A stretch of 63,752 nt of DNA, counting the filler, from Blastocystis sp. subtype 4 (taxonomy: Eukaryota), in assembly GCF_000743755.1 (NCBI RefSeq). It is 3 parts of 3 records of this genome, joined end to end, with 100 filler letters (N's around TTAATTAATTAA, not from the genome) between each part and the next. Parts side by side here need not be neighbours in the genome. Positions count along the whole stretch, not along the records: positions 1 to 16,100 come from NW_014569302.1; 2 more parts are not named here. The stretch is one strand, 5' to 3'. The translations under genes were made by a program, and so were the position numbers. This document shows, one piece after another, positions 1-13,357 of this stretch. Below the pieces are notes generated by a model, which searched no databases, was not told the origin of the DNA, and saw only the letters and a program-made list of their open reading frames with translations. The first letter of the stretch is position 1. Every line of letters begins with the position of its first letter.

Positions 1-2110
1 TTGTAGTTATCCAGAGTCACATTTGAGATAGTTTCAGTTCCTTGAGCACCATTCAAGCAAAACTCAGGAGCAGTCTGACGAATAGTAACAGGCATTATGA
101 AATTGAGAAGATAAAAACTAGAATAAAAGAAATTATGAGAAGTAACAAGATATTGATTGCATTTGCTATCAATAAGAATCATGGAATCAATAAGCCTGCC
201 ATAATTGTACTAGTCCCGTGGTTCACTTTGATTATCTTTATTGTGGCTTCTTGAGCAAATGGATCGAATTCGGAAGGCAGTGGAGAATGCAAAAGCCAAG
301 AATGTTGATCGGATGGAGAAAACCATTCAAGCTGTTAACAATAATGATGTGCTGGATTCTATCTGAATTTGAATTGTAGCCTTTTCTCAAACAATCTAGT
401 AAACGGAATTCTTCAAATGTATTATTAAGTGTTTTCTTTAACGTAGACTGATAATTTGTCGAAACGAGGCCCTAATATCTATTCATACGGTGGAGTTACA
501 AAGGTTGGTCTCGAATATGTCCATACTTTTTGTGATTATTCACATTCGGCATATGAAAATGTGACGTCTTTATCTTTGAATAGTAAAACTGTCGATCTAG
601 TTTTAGTGTAGATAAGCTGCTGACGAATCAAGGATTATCCATTCTTTGTACATATCTGTCTCTCGGTTTCTATCCTCATTTGTCAATTTTGATGCTAGAA
701 GACAATTTGTTGACAGATGAATCGTTAAATATCCTTTCCAAACTTATTGAAGATAACATGTGTCCTGAGTTGTCTGAAATCTGGTTATCACGTTATAGTT
801 GTATGTTTCTGTTATAGTTAGGTAATTATATTAATCAGGAAACGGGGAGATTATTTCTTGACTACTGCACAGACCATCGAATCCAGGTAGAGTTCGGAGG
901 TTGTCCGAATTTTTCATTTGCGCCATTATTAACACCTACACAGCCTCCTTTTCTCGTCTATCGCGTAATAACAAAAGCAGAACAAGTAGGTTCTGATTTA
1001 TATTCTTCTCTTCACTTTGCTGATATTCGAACAGCAAATCAATGGTCGTCAGATAACGCTAAACCAATTGTGGGAATCCAAATATTCTATTATGGGATGG
1101 GGAAAATGGCTGTAAAGATGCTTGACACTACGGGAACTCCCTTTATGCCCAATGGAGATTGCGGTGAGTTGGCTGTTTCAAAATCGTTATCACCTATCGT
1201 GTCTATGGAATTTGGGTATATGAACAGTAGTTACCGCTTAGTGGGAATGACAAATTCCAAAGATGGAGTAATTGTAGAAGTGAAACTTTGTTTAGTTGTC
1301 CATTTATATGTTGTTTGTTGGGCATGTTTAGGACAGAGATGCCGATTTTCGGTTGTTATGGCGCTTTGAATTGTTTACGATTACAAAGAATCCATATCGA
1401 TAATGGCGTCAGTTGATATTGAAATGGAGACTTATGCTGACGAATTCCATCCTCGGTACTCATTAATCTGGTGTTGGAATAATCACTAGTCGAGAGGAAA
1501 CCGTTGAAGTGGGCTTAGAACTTGTTGGCAACAGACCCTTTATTCGGATTGATGGAGATATGCTGAGTCTGGAAGAATTGAGGCGATATCGAAAAACAGT
1601 TATCGTGAATGCTATGGTTCCATACTCTGCAAATATTGTAGGGACGATTGCGAGGATTTGAGTATAGTTTATGGCATTGTGTCTATTGATTCTATCTTTC
1701 TTCTCTTACTCATGGAGTGTTTTCATTTTCTGTTGCCTTTCGTTTGTTTGCAGCGTCATTCTGTTCTTTTCGCCGCATTTAGCCTCTTGGTCCTATAGTT
1801 GGATTGTAATTAGATTACCTGTATCATAACAATATAGACTGGGTTTGCTTTGGCCGTGCAAGAAGCTTCTATTGTATCGGTGGCGCTATCAGCTCTTCTG
1901 TTTAATATCTCCTCTCTCTTTATGAATGTTTGTCTAGCCATGTCCTCGATGTTTTCCTTTATTGTGATGGTTTTTTCTGTCAGAGAAGAGTCATATGTAG
2001 TCTATATCTCTTTCTCCTGCTCAGCGTCTCCAGACCATTTATCGCATTGTTCCTGTTATATGTATCGTCTTATCTTGCTATTGAATGTAGATCACAATGA
2101 CCTGAAGTAG
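1..2110 (+). CDS. Partial multi-exon hypothetical protein: LRR-like segment followed by a hydrophobic C-terminal region (may be more than one gene)
   Basis: Exon reads DESLNILSKLIEDNMCPELSEIWL (LRR-like); many ~30-nt GT-AG introns; hydrophobic ORF 1850-2110; TGTTTGTT at 2136. Confidence 0.35.
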
Positions 2111-2208
2111 ATTTTCTTTATTTTCCGATTCCTATTGTTTGTTGTAATTACCCAAGAGAGAACTTTGACATCACTTTTCAGTTTTACAAGGAGTACATTT
2201 TCGAGAAA

Positions 2209-5101
2209 ATGGCTGTAGCTCGTTGATTTATCTCGATTGACACCTAGTTCACCTTTGGAAAAACTGGAAATCAGGGAATGGGCACCAACACTGGTTTTGG
2301 TGGAATGAATAACAATAACTCATTTGGATTCGGAGGAGGAAACAATATGGGAGGAATGAACAATCAGGTAGGTGTTTGGGTTTGTTTTGTGTGATGGATT
2401 TGTTTATGTAACAATTGTGTAGGGAGGAATGAATCAAGGCCAAGGAGGAAATATGGGAGGATTTGGAAGTGGAAACAACAATGGTGGTGGTTTCGGAAAT
2501 ATGGGGATGAACAACAATTCTATGGGTGGTTTTGGCCAAGGAAATAATAATGGTGGCGGAGGAATCACTGGTTTTGGTTTTTCCACTGGTAATCGCCAAA
2601 ACAATGCGTTTGGAAGTGGCTTTGGTACAAATAATGGTGGATTCGGAAACAATACAAATGGCAACAACTTCAATCGCTTTGGAAGTACGAATTCTTTCGG
2701 AAACAATAACAATGCCTTCGGTAATAACAATACAGGTGGATTTGGGAATAACAATGGAGGTTTTGGAAACAACGGTGGATTTGGCAATAATGGAGGTGGT
2801 TTCGGGAATAACAATGCAGGTGGATTTGGCAACAACAATGGAGTTTTCGGAAACAATAATAATAATGGAGGATTTGGTAATAATAATGGGGGCTTCGGGA
2901 ACAACGGTGGATTTGGCAATAATAACAGCGGTTTTGGTAATAATAATGGAGGATTCGGGAACAATAATAGTGGCTTCGGAAACAACAATGGTAACAAAGG
3001 TCTCTTCGGAGGGAATAGCAATAATGGAGGTGGATTTGGATTCAATGCCAACAAACCAAACAACTTCGGGTTTGGTAATAATAGTGGAACCAATACAGGG
3101 AATGGAATGGGTTTTGGAGCTAATGCAAATAACGGAGCTAATACTGGGTTTGGTTTTGGAAATAACAATGGAAACAAACCTGGTGGTACTGGATTTGGTT
3201 TTGGAAATAACAATACTGGAAATACTGGGTTCGGCTTTGGAAATAACAATATGAATGCAGGCGGTACTTCTGGATTTAGCTTTGGTAATAATAATACGAA
3301 TAAACCTAGTGGTACTGGGTTCGGATTTGGGAATACCAATACTGGAGGTACTACTGGATTTGGAAATACCAACAATGGAGGCAATAATACCGGGTTTGGA
3401 AATAACAATGGTGGAACCAATACAGGATTTGGATTCGGTGCCACTAATACTGGAACCAATACAGGGAGTGGATTTAACTTTGGAAACAATAATGCATCTA
3501 AACCGGGAACTGGTTTCAGTTTTGGAAACAATAATGCAGGAGGAAACACTGCGAATACTGGTTTTGGATTTGGGAATAACAATGCCAATACTGGAAGTAC
3601 GAATACTGGATTTGGTTTTGGGAATAATAATTCCAATAAACCGTCTACTGGATTCAATTTTGGTGGGAATAATACTGCCAATTCTGGAAATACAGGAGGG
3701 TTCACGTTTGGTGGGAATAATGGAGCTGGAGGCACAAATACTGGAGGATTTGGTAACAATAATGCGAATAAGACGGGAGGTTTCACTTTTGGTGGAACCA
3801 CGAATACTGGTGGTTTTACCTTTGGTAATAATAACGCAGGAAAAGCCAGTGGTTTTGGGAGTAATGGAAACACCTCTCAGCCTAGTATATCACCAGCTCA
3901 AGCTACACAAACAGTGTGGAAGTCTCCCTATTGTCCTCTGGAGAGTCTTAATGAGCGTATCCAGGCAATTGAAAGTAAACGAAGTCAACAGACAGAAGCA
4001 ACTCCTCTTCCACAAACTGTTCGTGAGGCTTCAAATGTATCAGAAGGTATTGCCGCTTGCTATGCGGTAGCTCCTACTCCTGCTGATGTTCTCGTTCAAA
4101 CCCGTGTCCAACTTCACCGGAAAGAAATGCAAGTGAAAAGAAGCGAAGATTCTCGTCATTCTTCGATAGGTTCTCCTAAGGATGGTAACGTAGATACTCT
4201 GGAGAATCGCAAACAAATGATTGCATCTCTCATAGGTGAATCTGTTGATACAGGCATACCTGTACTTCTTTTCCTATTCATTGAGTGTATAGATGACTCT
4301 TGTTGTTCAATACCGATCAACCATTCGAACATTGAAGTGTCAAACTTCAATGACTATCGATGAGTTGATTCATCAGGTCCAGGATACTGTAGGAATTCTT
4401 TCCATATCTCACTGTAGTTCCCTCAGTTAAAGGATGTTTCGTATTATCTCATGTATCAGAATTGTCTACTTCTCGAATCTAAAGCACTCCTTAGTCAACT
4501 TCTACCAGAAGGAGCTCTTCTCCAAGTCATTACTCGCTCTCCTATTCCTGAACCAGAACCATCTCCTGAATCAGATACAGTTAATAAAGAATCGAATGAC
4601 TCGTCAACTCTCCAGGATGCTACATCTGTTCCCAATGCAAAGTTCACATACCTTCCCATTCTCACTAATCCAAAACGCATCCTGATTCCATCTCTCGCCG
4701 AACTCAAAGAACTCAGTGAGGAAGAACTGGGTCATGTGGAGAAGGTTAGCATTAAGGAACCTGGTATTGGTTGTATTGAGTGGGAGGAACCTGTGGATCT
4801 CCGTGGTTTGGATCTGGACACTCTGATTTCGTTTGATGTGGAAGATGGGTATCCTTCTGTTTCTGTATGTATGTGAAAAAGAGATCAGATGTAGGTGGAT
4901 ACTGGAGATAGTTCAATGCCAGTGGGAACGGGTATTAATCATCAAGCTGTTGTTACATTATATGAGATTTATCCGTTGACGGGAGAGAATGAACAAGAGA
5001 TGATCGCATTTTTGAAACTTCAGTCACAGAAGATCGATGTCGAATTTATCAGTTATACTGCAGAATCTGGATCTTGGAAATTCCGTGTAAAGCACTTTTA
5101 A
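2209..5101 (+). CDS. NUP98: FG-repeat nucleoporin Nup98-like with C-terminal autoprotease domain
   Basis: ATG 2209 with short introns into a long GGFGNN/FG-repeat exon; C-terminal domain IPSLAEL...GCIEWEEPVDLRGLDLD...PVGTGINHQAVVTL...GSWKFRVKHF*. Confidence 0.9.
2429..3860 (+). repeat. Low-complexity GGFGNNN/GFGFG coding repeats of Nup98
   Basis: Dozens of ggn-ttY-ggn-aaY-aaY units in the 644-aa ORF. Confidence 0.9.
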
Positions 5102-5147
5102 GTTGATTCACTAGTTCGGTCTTGTTTGTTAATCATTCTCTCTCAGA

Positions 5148-5680
5148 ATGATCCTTGTTCTGCAAATGCAGTTTCCGGCCGTTGATATGCGCTACCACTA
5201 TAGCGAAATCACCATACCGGATAGAGCTGCGGTTCAAGATGTGAGCCTCTTTGTTTGGATTCATTTATAGTTATTTCGTCTTGTGTGTGCCGAATGTGGG
5301 ATTTCATCAAACTCGGTTGTCAAATTAACAGTAGGTGGCAATGAGTTGAATTCATGTGATATTCGTTGTTTGAAAGACTTAAGTAGGACTTTTTGTTTCG
5401 TTTCATATAGATATATCGAACTATGATCTAATCTGTGCGACAATCCTCTTATCATCTCAGCAATCTACTCAGACGATTCAACATAACCTTAAAAAAGAGG
5501 AGCCAACAGGAAGATCAAGAAATGTTGCAAAATGCGTTGTCACTCCATTAGAAAGGATTGCCAATAGTCTCGAGGAAATGAAACAACTAGCGGTGACTAG
5601 TTGGGATAGGAGATTTAAACGTTCTCAATGCTCCCAACGGTCAGAGCGAAAACGAAATTGTATATTATCGCATCACTCAT
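5148..5680 (+). CDS. Small hypothetical protein with a ubiquitin-like N-terminal domain; 3' end uncertain
   Basis: Hand-spliced: MILVLQMQFP...EITIPDRAAVQD|LFRLVCAECGISSNSVVKLTVGGNELNSCDIRCLKDLNISNYDLI. Confidence 0.4.
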
Positions 5681-5689
5681 TTGTTTGTA

Positions 5690-7323
5690 TTAAACAGTCA
5701 ATTTTCGTAGTAGTACATCTTTTACTCTTTCCATTGCTTCATAATCCTTAGGTTGAGTTGTTGGAAGATATGTTAGAATGCTCTTGTATACATCAAAGAA
5801 CAACGAATAATCCATTGAACACCACTCTGATCTGGATGGGGTCTCCACTTCCGGAGCTCTATCAATCTCCATAGATTCCAGAATAGGCATCGAAGTTGAT
5901 ACTTCTTTCAATGTATGTGCCTTGCCAAATACAGACCGTACCCCTGTAAAGAAAGGAATGATTTCAGCATTCAGAAACTCGTCTGCTGTTAAGATATCTG
6001 AATCGGAAGAGCAGTACTGTTCAACATACTCATCATATTTCCTTGTATACTGTTCTAATAACAAAGGAGGAATCTGTCCCATTTCTGTGTTCTTTTCTAC
6101 AAGGATATAATCACCCCAAGGAACAGATTTGGAAGTCAGTACTGTTTGCCAAGTCTCAGCGATTCTGGATGGAGTTGCTTTGTCTGGCTCTGTGAGTAGA
6201 CTCGATCTAGTGTTCCAGTGATAATACACACTTACTTCAACAACAAACGAATGAGCAACTGTAATCCTCGGTACATCGGAAGAATCCCAAGAGCTGCTTC
6301 TTGAGAGACTACCAACAAATGAAGATTTTGAAGCGAAATCGAAACAGTCCGCTCCGAATCAATACAGCCTACATGCAATAGATCCAACATTCATACGAAG
6401 AAGGACGACTTGAACTGTTTGGCTCATATACGAGTTAATGATTATTCCCTGAAGATCACAAAACAGAACAACACCTGGGCGAGTACAGAGAGAATCGAGA
6501 TGAAGCAAGGCTCCTGCTAAACATTTAGCTTCATGAAGTAGGAGTTGATGGCCTTCGACTGTTGAAAGCGTAGAAAAGAAAGAAACAGGGTCATCTGAAG
6601 TGGAAAATAACCAGGGACTACATGGCGAAATGCCATCCATAGTTAACACAGTCCATATTTGTACCATTGAATATACCTGAGGAGAGTAATCATGCTTACT
6701 ACAAGGAAGAAAACTACTTGTTATGACCGAATAATGGATACTCTTGAAGAAAATCGGTAGAATCAATCTCATATATACTATCGGAAGAATAAGGAGAAAG
6801 GATAGAAGGAAGAAGATCATTAGGGATGGAATGAATAGATGGATAGAGGAGAGGAGGATTTGCAGATCTTTTGGATACGATTTGGGAACAAATATTCTGC
6901 AGAAAGGCCATTTCGTATCCCTCTAATGGCTGCACTTGCGTCTTTGAGATATCTAATAATCAGTTTCCATAGAAAAAACATACACTGTAGATACATCCGA
7001 AGTTCTCCTTCACTTAGATTGATATGACAACATGAGGCCACTCGATCAATATTGTAGAGTTCAGGAATAATATCATGACAAGAGGGAAGCAATTTAGATC
7101 CTCGGATCTTCCCATTCTCTTTCCAGTGCTTGATGATCTCAGCAATTCCTCGATAACTTAGATTCATTCCCCATTTATTTGAATATAGTTGAGTCAAAGA
7201 AGCGATGGACTCTCGCTTCTCACCCCAATACTTGATGATCTCGAGTTTTTGGTCTTCAGTCAGTTTGTTATACTTGCTTCGTTGGTTGTGTTTCCGGACG
7301 GTCTTGGACACAGGATCATCCAT
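5690..7323 (-). CDS. Hypothetical protein with N-terminal psq/CENP-B-like helix-turn-helix
   Basis: RSKYNKLTEDQKLEIIKYW...SIASLTQLYSNKWGMNLSYRGIAEIIKHWK; further exons 6820-6359 and 6229-5690. Confidence 0.45.
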
Positions 7324-7408
7324 CCTACAACCTGAAAAAATCAAATATCGCAGCTGCAAATTCTTGATTGTCATTATTCTCTCTGCAAGACACAAAGATA
7401 GTGTATTC

Positions 7409-8642
7409 ATGAGCGTATCTTACAAGAGAAGTATTCTTCTCTTATCTTTATTAACACATGCCCTGAGAGGTACCTTATCTTCGGTATTTGGTTTGGATTC
7501 CATTATATTGGTAGCTCTCACAAAATGAATTAGGTTCTTACGCCTATTCAACCGAAATGTGTGCTTTGACAACTGAAGTAGGAATTATTGGATATAATCA
7601 TTTCCAAGATTGTAAAAATGTGTTATTCTTTTTGTATATTAAAACTGAAATCTCCTTCAGTTCGTCAATCTCTCACATTGCGAGATATTCTGTCAATGGG
7701 TATTCCAGCAGTGTTGAGTGCTATTGGGGAACGTGTATTTTACTATCTTCAAACGAGTCTCGCTGATGAGTTGCTTATTCAAGCATTCGAGTCTTTTGAA
7801 ATCGTCGTCATTGGTATTGCTTCAGTTATTCTTCTTGGGCGGAAGTATTATACCTAGTTCCCTTCATTGTAGATTAACAGGAATCCACTGGGCCTCTCTT
7901 ATTCTTCTCTGCAGTGCTGTACTTTCGATTCAGATTAGTTCCAATCCTGTCCAATCGGTTGGTGAACTCCCATTGCTTCCTTGTTTTATGGGAATTGTCT
8001 TTGCTGGACTTCAGGGAACTGCTGGTGTGTGTACAGAACGCATCCTCAAACAGAACATGATGATGGATATTAATCAGCAGAATCTCTGGATCTTTTTGTA
8101 TGGATTAGTGTTGCATTCGAAAGTAGTTGGGGAGCAGTTGTAAATATCATCATAATGATTTCCTCTGGAGTGAGGTCTTTTACTCACCAGTTGACTTTTT
8201 CCAACTTCAATGGATACACGTTTCTGTTCATTCTATCGTAGTGGTGTGATAGAGAATGATATATAGAGAGACTATTCGAGGAATTGCAGTAGCGTCCATC
8301 TTCAAGTATGTTGATTCGGTTGTAGAATCTTTTGTATCATGTTCATCGCTGATTCTTGCTTCCTTTGTTGTATCCTTCTTTCTCGATAAGGAGGTTCCAT
8401 ATCCTTTTGTTAGAATAAGGAGAAACCTTAATACTACGATGTCCTTTTATTTGGCTGTTGGAACACTCTTTATCGCAACTTATCTTTATGAATCTGCACC
8501 AGAAGCGCCTGCTGTATTGGATCAGAAATCCCTCTCACTGAAGGGAGTTGATAATAATGCGGTGGGAATGGAGAAACTTGAAGAGGAGATAGCAGTTTAT
8601 CGAGAGTCAGATACTTCTGTTTCAGAGCCTAGTGAACTATGA
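7409..8642 (+). CDS. Nucleotide-sugar transporter (SLC35A-like)
   Basis: YAYSTEMCALTTEIVK, GTAGVCTERILK, QNLWIFLYG, GIAVASIFKYVDSVVESF; multiple TM segments; TGTTTGTT at 8645. Confidence 0.8.
8399..8437 (+). other. U12-type (AT-AC) intron, 39 nt
   Basis: 5' ATATCCTTTT, branch-like CCTTAAT, 3' TAC; removal gives EVPMSFYLAVGTLFIATYLY. Confidence 0.8.
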
Positions 8643-8676
8643 AGTGTTTGTTAACACACAAGGACAGCGCAAACTA

Positions 8677-9602
8677 TTATTTGGAGTATGGATATCCATA
8701 CAGACACATAGGATAATACATAGAAGAATTACACACATATGAACTAGGAGAAGAACCATGAAAAATGAAAGGCGCATTTGAATTCACTTCACTTGGTTCT
8801 CTTTTGACAGGAATGGGCATGGGATATGGAGAGTTCCTCCATTCTGCTTTCATTATCGGCATAGGAGGGGATCCATCCAGACACAAGTCCATACCATCAG
8901 TTGAACTCTTGACCACCATTGGCTGCTGCACTCTGTTAGCTTCTTGAGATGCGAGCATATACAGAACATCAAATGATGAATGACTCTGAAAATTAAGAGA
9001 GAGAATTTTTGCAACCTGATTGGATAATACTTGAAGACGTTCAGTTGATTCACGCATGGATCGACTATGATACGTTCTCTTCTTGACTGAAGGACTCCTT
9101 TCCTTAGGGATTCTAGAATAAAAACAATCCGGAATCTGTACTTGGTACTCAGTTTCTTGATACCCTCCTCCCTTAATTTAGCCTTCTCGCAAGTATTACA
9201 AACAAGACGTCGCTTATAACTGTCCATAACAGCAAATCGTTAAAATCACCGTGATCGACTACAAGGCTTCCCATTCTCATGGTCACATCTTCCATAACCA
9301 GGACATTGACAATGCGAGCATTGAACTTGGTCACACCAAATACATTTATTCGGTTTGGGTCCTGGTTTGCCTATTCTTGGGAGAGAATAGTTCGAGCCTG
9401 CACTATTCTTTTCTGGAGAGTCTTCTGCTACTACTGAACACGTCTAAAGCCAAGGTTAGAATACTACTTTGGATGGATACAACAATCTCCAAGTATCATT
9501 CAACAAGCACATACTGATGGTAGCATATAGTATTCGCTCCTTGTTCCCTGGTTTCAAATAGATATGATATGTAACACAATTATCAGAGAAACGTGGAAAC
9601 AT
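8677..9602 (-). CDS. Hypothetical multi-exon protein
   Basis: ORF fragments 9602-9500, 9227-9060 and 9057-8677 separated by intron-sized gaps; Pro/Ser-rich C-terminus. Confidence 0.4.
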
Positions 9603-9664
9603 ATGTGTTTCGTCAACAAGTATACCATAGATAGAAAAGCAAAAATGGCAAAACATCAGCTGAT

Positions 9665-11392
9665 TCAAGATGAGACTCTCCTTCGTTTATCAACTCGCTT
9701 TCTAGCTAATCGTTGTTCCGGACAATTTGTATGATTCTTACAATCCTTTTAGATCACCACAACATCTTAATCTTACTAGACAGTGACACTTCGCACCACA
9801 ATCCAATCCAGCCAAGAAACATTCACAGTACCCTTTTAAGCAATTGTTCTTTTTGCAATTGCATCCTTTCGAAATAGCAACAGTTCCATTCTATGCCTTA
9901 CCCAAAAGAATCATTTCCACAATTTGACGAAATCGGAATGCATTTGGGTTCTTTGCCAGGATCAAAGCCCGTGCTTCCTGTCGAAAATAGAAATGTTCCT
10001 AGAATCAATCCCTCATCACTTGCTTACTGGTGTATTCATACAAGATTGGCAATGACAACCATGACAATAACTATCAGCAGCAAAACACTCACAATACAGC
10101 TTGAGACAGCGCGACTTCTTACAATTACACGGAACAGACGAAAAGGGTATTACATCAGCTGAGACCTCCAACCCCTCATCCAAACAAATCTCATTACGAT
10201 CCAATGGGGGAGTACGAACATCTTCCAAGAGACTCAGATCAACTGTGAACGAAGGTCTATCTTTGAGTATATTCTGAGAGGGTTCATCACTAATGGGAGT
10301 CGATTGTCCAGTTCGTAAGGATAGGAGAGCATTCTTCAAAGGTTCGTCCGAACTCTCATCATCTCTAGAACTCTCTGGTGATACAGAGAAATGGAACTGA
10401 GACATTGTATCATGAATGATTGTAGGCGGAGATGGACTTACAGAGGTTGATGGCATAGATCTTGTGTTGTAGAGATGATGTTTTGAAACACTAGGAAGGA
10501 CCTTCGTTTCAATTCGTTTTTTGTGTCGTTGTGAAGGAGTACTTTTTGCTAGTACACCTGCAAGAGGAGTTCGTGAAACAGGTGAACGAGCAAATGATGT
10601 GGATCCTGTCTGGATCGTTTTATTGACACTAAAACCACATCGTTTTGAAAGAGAGGAAATAGATGTTTGGGGATATGGACATACAGAAAACTTATCCAAT
10701 TGAAAGGCTAAACACGATACAACATGAGAAGATGAATTGGAATGCATTGGAGGGAGAAGAAAGCTTTGTGTAAGTGAATTCGAGCCAACACCCTCTAAGA
10801 AAGGATGAATTCGGTTTTCTCGAATTCCGAACGGTTTCTGAGGGTTCATCGCTTTCCAAAGTGGTTTCTCACTAGAAATAACAACATCGGAGAGATCGAA
10901 CCTTTGGGCTGACGACCTCTCTTGTGCTTGCTTAAGAACTTGCCGTACACGTTTTGCACTAGATAAATAGAAAGAAAAAGATGATACGCTTGTTGCTCCT
11001 CACTACTTACAAAATGCCGAATGCAAAATCCTTTTCTTGTTGATTTATCACTGTTCTGAGTATGAGGGAGAAAAAAGAGATGGACTTCTGGGTCTTGTTG
11101 CAAAGAGAGTGGCGTATACCGTTCCTCCTCTCTCACAATATGAACAACACTCGGTTCATCGATTGATATCTCCTTAAGAAGTGACTTCGATAATGACTGT
11201 TCTCTACCAATTAGATAGATTGCAGAGCCATACTTGTTGTGATTTGGAGCATTAGAATACAGCATTTCTGGTGAAGAAGACCGACTTAAGAGAGAGGATT
11301 CTGCAGTCAAAGGTTCTAGAAGATGTATACTACTACCAAAGATTACCTGTAAGAGTTTTAGGAATACAGCATTCTACTTGCGTGGAATCCAT
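9665..11392 (-). CDS. Tesmin/TSO1/LIN54-like CRC (CXC) domain protein
   Basis: Two CXC domains: [32 protein letters not shown] and [34 protein letters not shown]. Confidence 0.88.
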
Positions 11393-11612
11393 AACGTTCG
11401 TCAACACAGAGTTATCTTCGTTCAAAGAATAATAAAATTAAGAAGACCAGCTTAATCAAACGTAGTGGAAATTTAAACACTTCAAGAAAGAAGGAGGCAA
11501 GATTTGAAAAACAAAACCACAGATCCATGTCCGCCATCTTTACCAAATCCCCATGACTTCGAATTATCTTGTGGATTTCAATGAAGAATTGGGATTTCTA
11601 ACAAATAAATGC

Positions 11613-13299
11613 TTAGTAGAAACTATCGAAAATACTGTTTTGGTCCAACATAATCATCTTATCTTCCTTCTTCACTTCACTCTCAGATTCATGCTGTTCT
11701 TCCGCTTCTGAATCATGCTGGCCCCATTGTACATTAATACTAGATCGACGTTGAAGACCAAAGAGTTGGCTCTTCATATCACGAATACGCTGTTTTCTTG
11801 CAATCTCATCCAGATTGTACGTTTGAGCTAATCCCGCTCTTGAAGTCTCACGCAGAGTATCTTCAATATCTTCTCCTGTAAGAATCATTGTTAGCAACAC
11901 TTCATCATAAGAGATCAAATGGAACGTGTTGGTCATTAGTGCATACTGAGCACATTCTAAAGCTCGTGCAGCTGCCATTGCGTTCCTTTCAATGCAAGGT
12001 ACCTGAACGAGTCCCTTCACAGGATCACAGGTCAATCCCAACATGTGCTCAATAGCCATGCCGGCCGAATATTCGATCTGTTCAGTCGAGCCTCCCATTA
12101 AGAACGTAGCAGCTCCTGCGGCCATTGCACATGCCACTCCGACTTCTGCTTGGCATCCAGCTTCAGCTCCAGAAATAGATGCATTGACCTTGGCGATATT
12201 TCCAATTATACCAGCCACAGCAAGAGCATCCACAATATCATCGTCTGTGATACTGTTCATATGATGTTCCAAATAATACATCAAACCAGGAACAATTCCA
12301 CATGCACCACATGTGGGAGCAGTCACAACAGTAGCACCTCCAGCATTATTCTCTGATACAGCCAGAGTGTAAGCAAACAGATAGGCATGACGCTATAATT
12401 CACTCTTTCAACAAATCAATACTCCTAGATGATCATTACTGCGTTGAGCTGCTCGATACATATCATGTGCCTTACGAGGCAGATTTAATCCTCCTTGAAG
12501 AACACCCTTTCCTTGTAGACCAGTTTCAACACAATGCTTCATTGTATCCCAAACCTCATGAAGGAAATCGCGGATTTCCTCACCCTCACTTTGATAGACA
12601 AAGTCATCTAACTTGAGTCCAGTTTTTCGGCACCAACGCATCAGAGCATTCATTGTAGAGTAATTGTACACCTTGTGAAAGGTCTTCTTATACGGTCCCT
12701 CAATCTTATTCAACTCGGAATCCACAATAATAGCTCCTCCGCCTACACTATAATAGGTTTCTTGACCAAGTTCTTTCTCTCCTTGACATGCCTTTATAGT
12801 CATACCATTTACGTGAAACATGAGTGTTTCGTTAGCCCTCCAAATGAAAGTTACTTTCTTTGGCTTCAATTCATTCTCAATGGCAACATCGGTCATATGA
12901 CCCTTCCCAGTAGCTGCAAGCGACCCGTATAGAATTACTACATAGTTGTCAACTCCTTCATCGTATAAAGAACGAAACATCTTGGCAGCATTAGCTGGTC
13001 CCATCGTATGCGAACTTGAAGGTCCATGACCAATTCTACGAATTAAGTAGAACATTGGAAATCACCTATAGAGTTCCTTCAAGGAGGGCATTCCATCTGT
13101 CTCTGTTGCTGAGGCATAATAGATATGCGAATTTCCCTACAGATCAATCAAGGGGTCTTGACTCCAACCTTGCTAGAAACAATGCGGATATGAGAAGTGG
13201 ATCTCTTCTATAAATCAACGAATCTTGGGTAGTGCTCACCATGTTACTTTTGGTTTTTTGTTCTTCTTCTTCTTTTGGTGTTGTAGGATCGATATTCAT
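11613..13299 (-). CDS. sdaA: Fe-S dependent L-serine dehydratase (single-chain SdaA type)
   Basis: SLKELYR|IGHGPSSSHTMGP, YGSLAATGKGH, VVTAPTCGACG, GAEAGCQAEVG, GLTCDPVKGLVQVPCIERN. Confidence 0.93.
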
Positions 13300-13357
13300 T
13301 TCAAAAGAATGATGGTTCAAGGAAACAAACAAAGTCCTATACAAGCGTAAATTATTA

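Noticed and set aside
729..740. ATATCCTTT as another U12 donor (also GTATCCTT at 4849, 35722 and 53735)
   Set aside because: These sit in plausible coding sequence with no branch site or acceptor at suitable spacing
2434..4070. Long Pro/Leu-rich antisense ORF and alternate-frame ORFs over Nup98
   Set aside because: Shadows of the stop-poor FG-repeat sequence
6820..7323. Pogo/Tigger transposase
   Set aside because: Only an HTH is visible; no DDE domain or terminal inverted repeats seen
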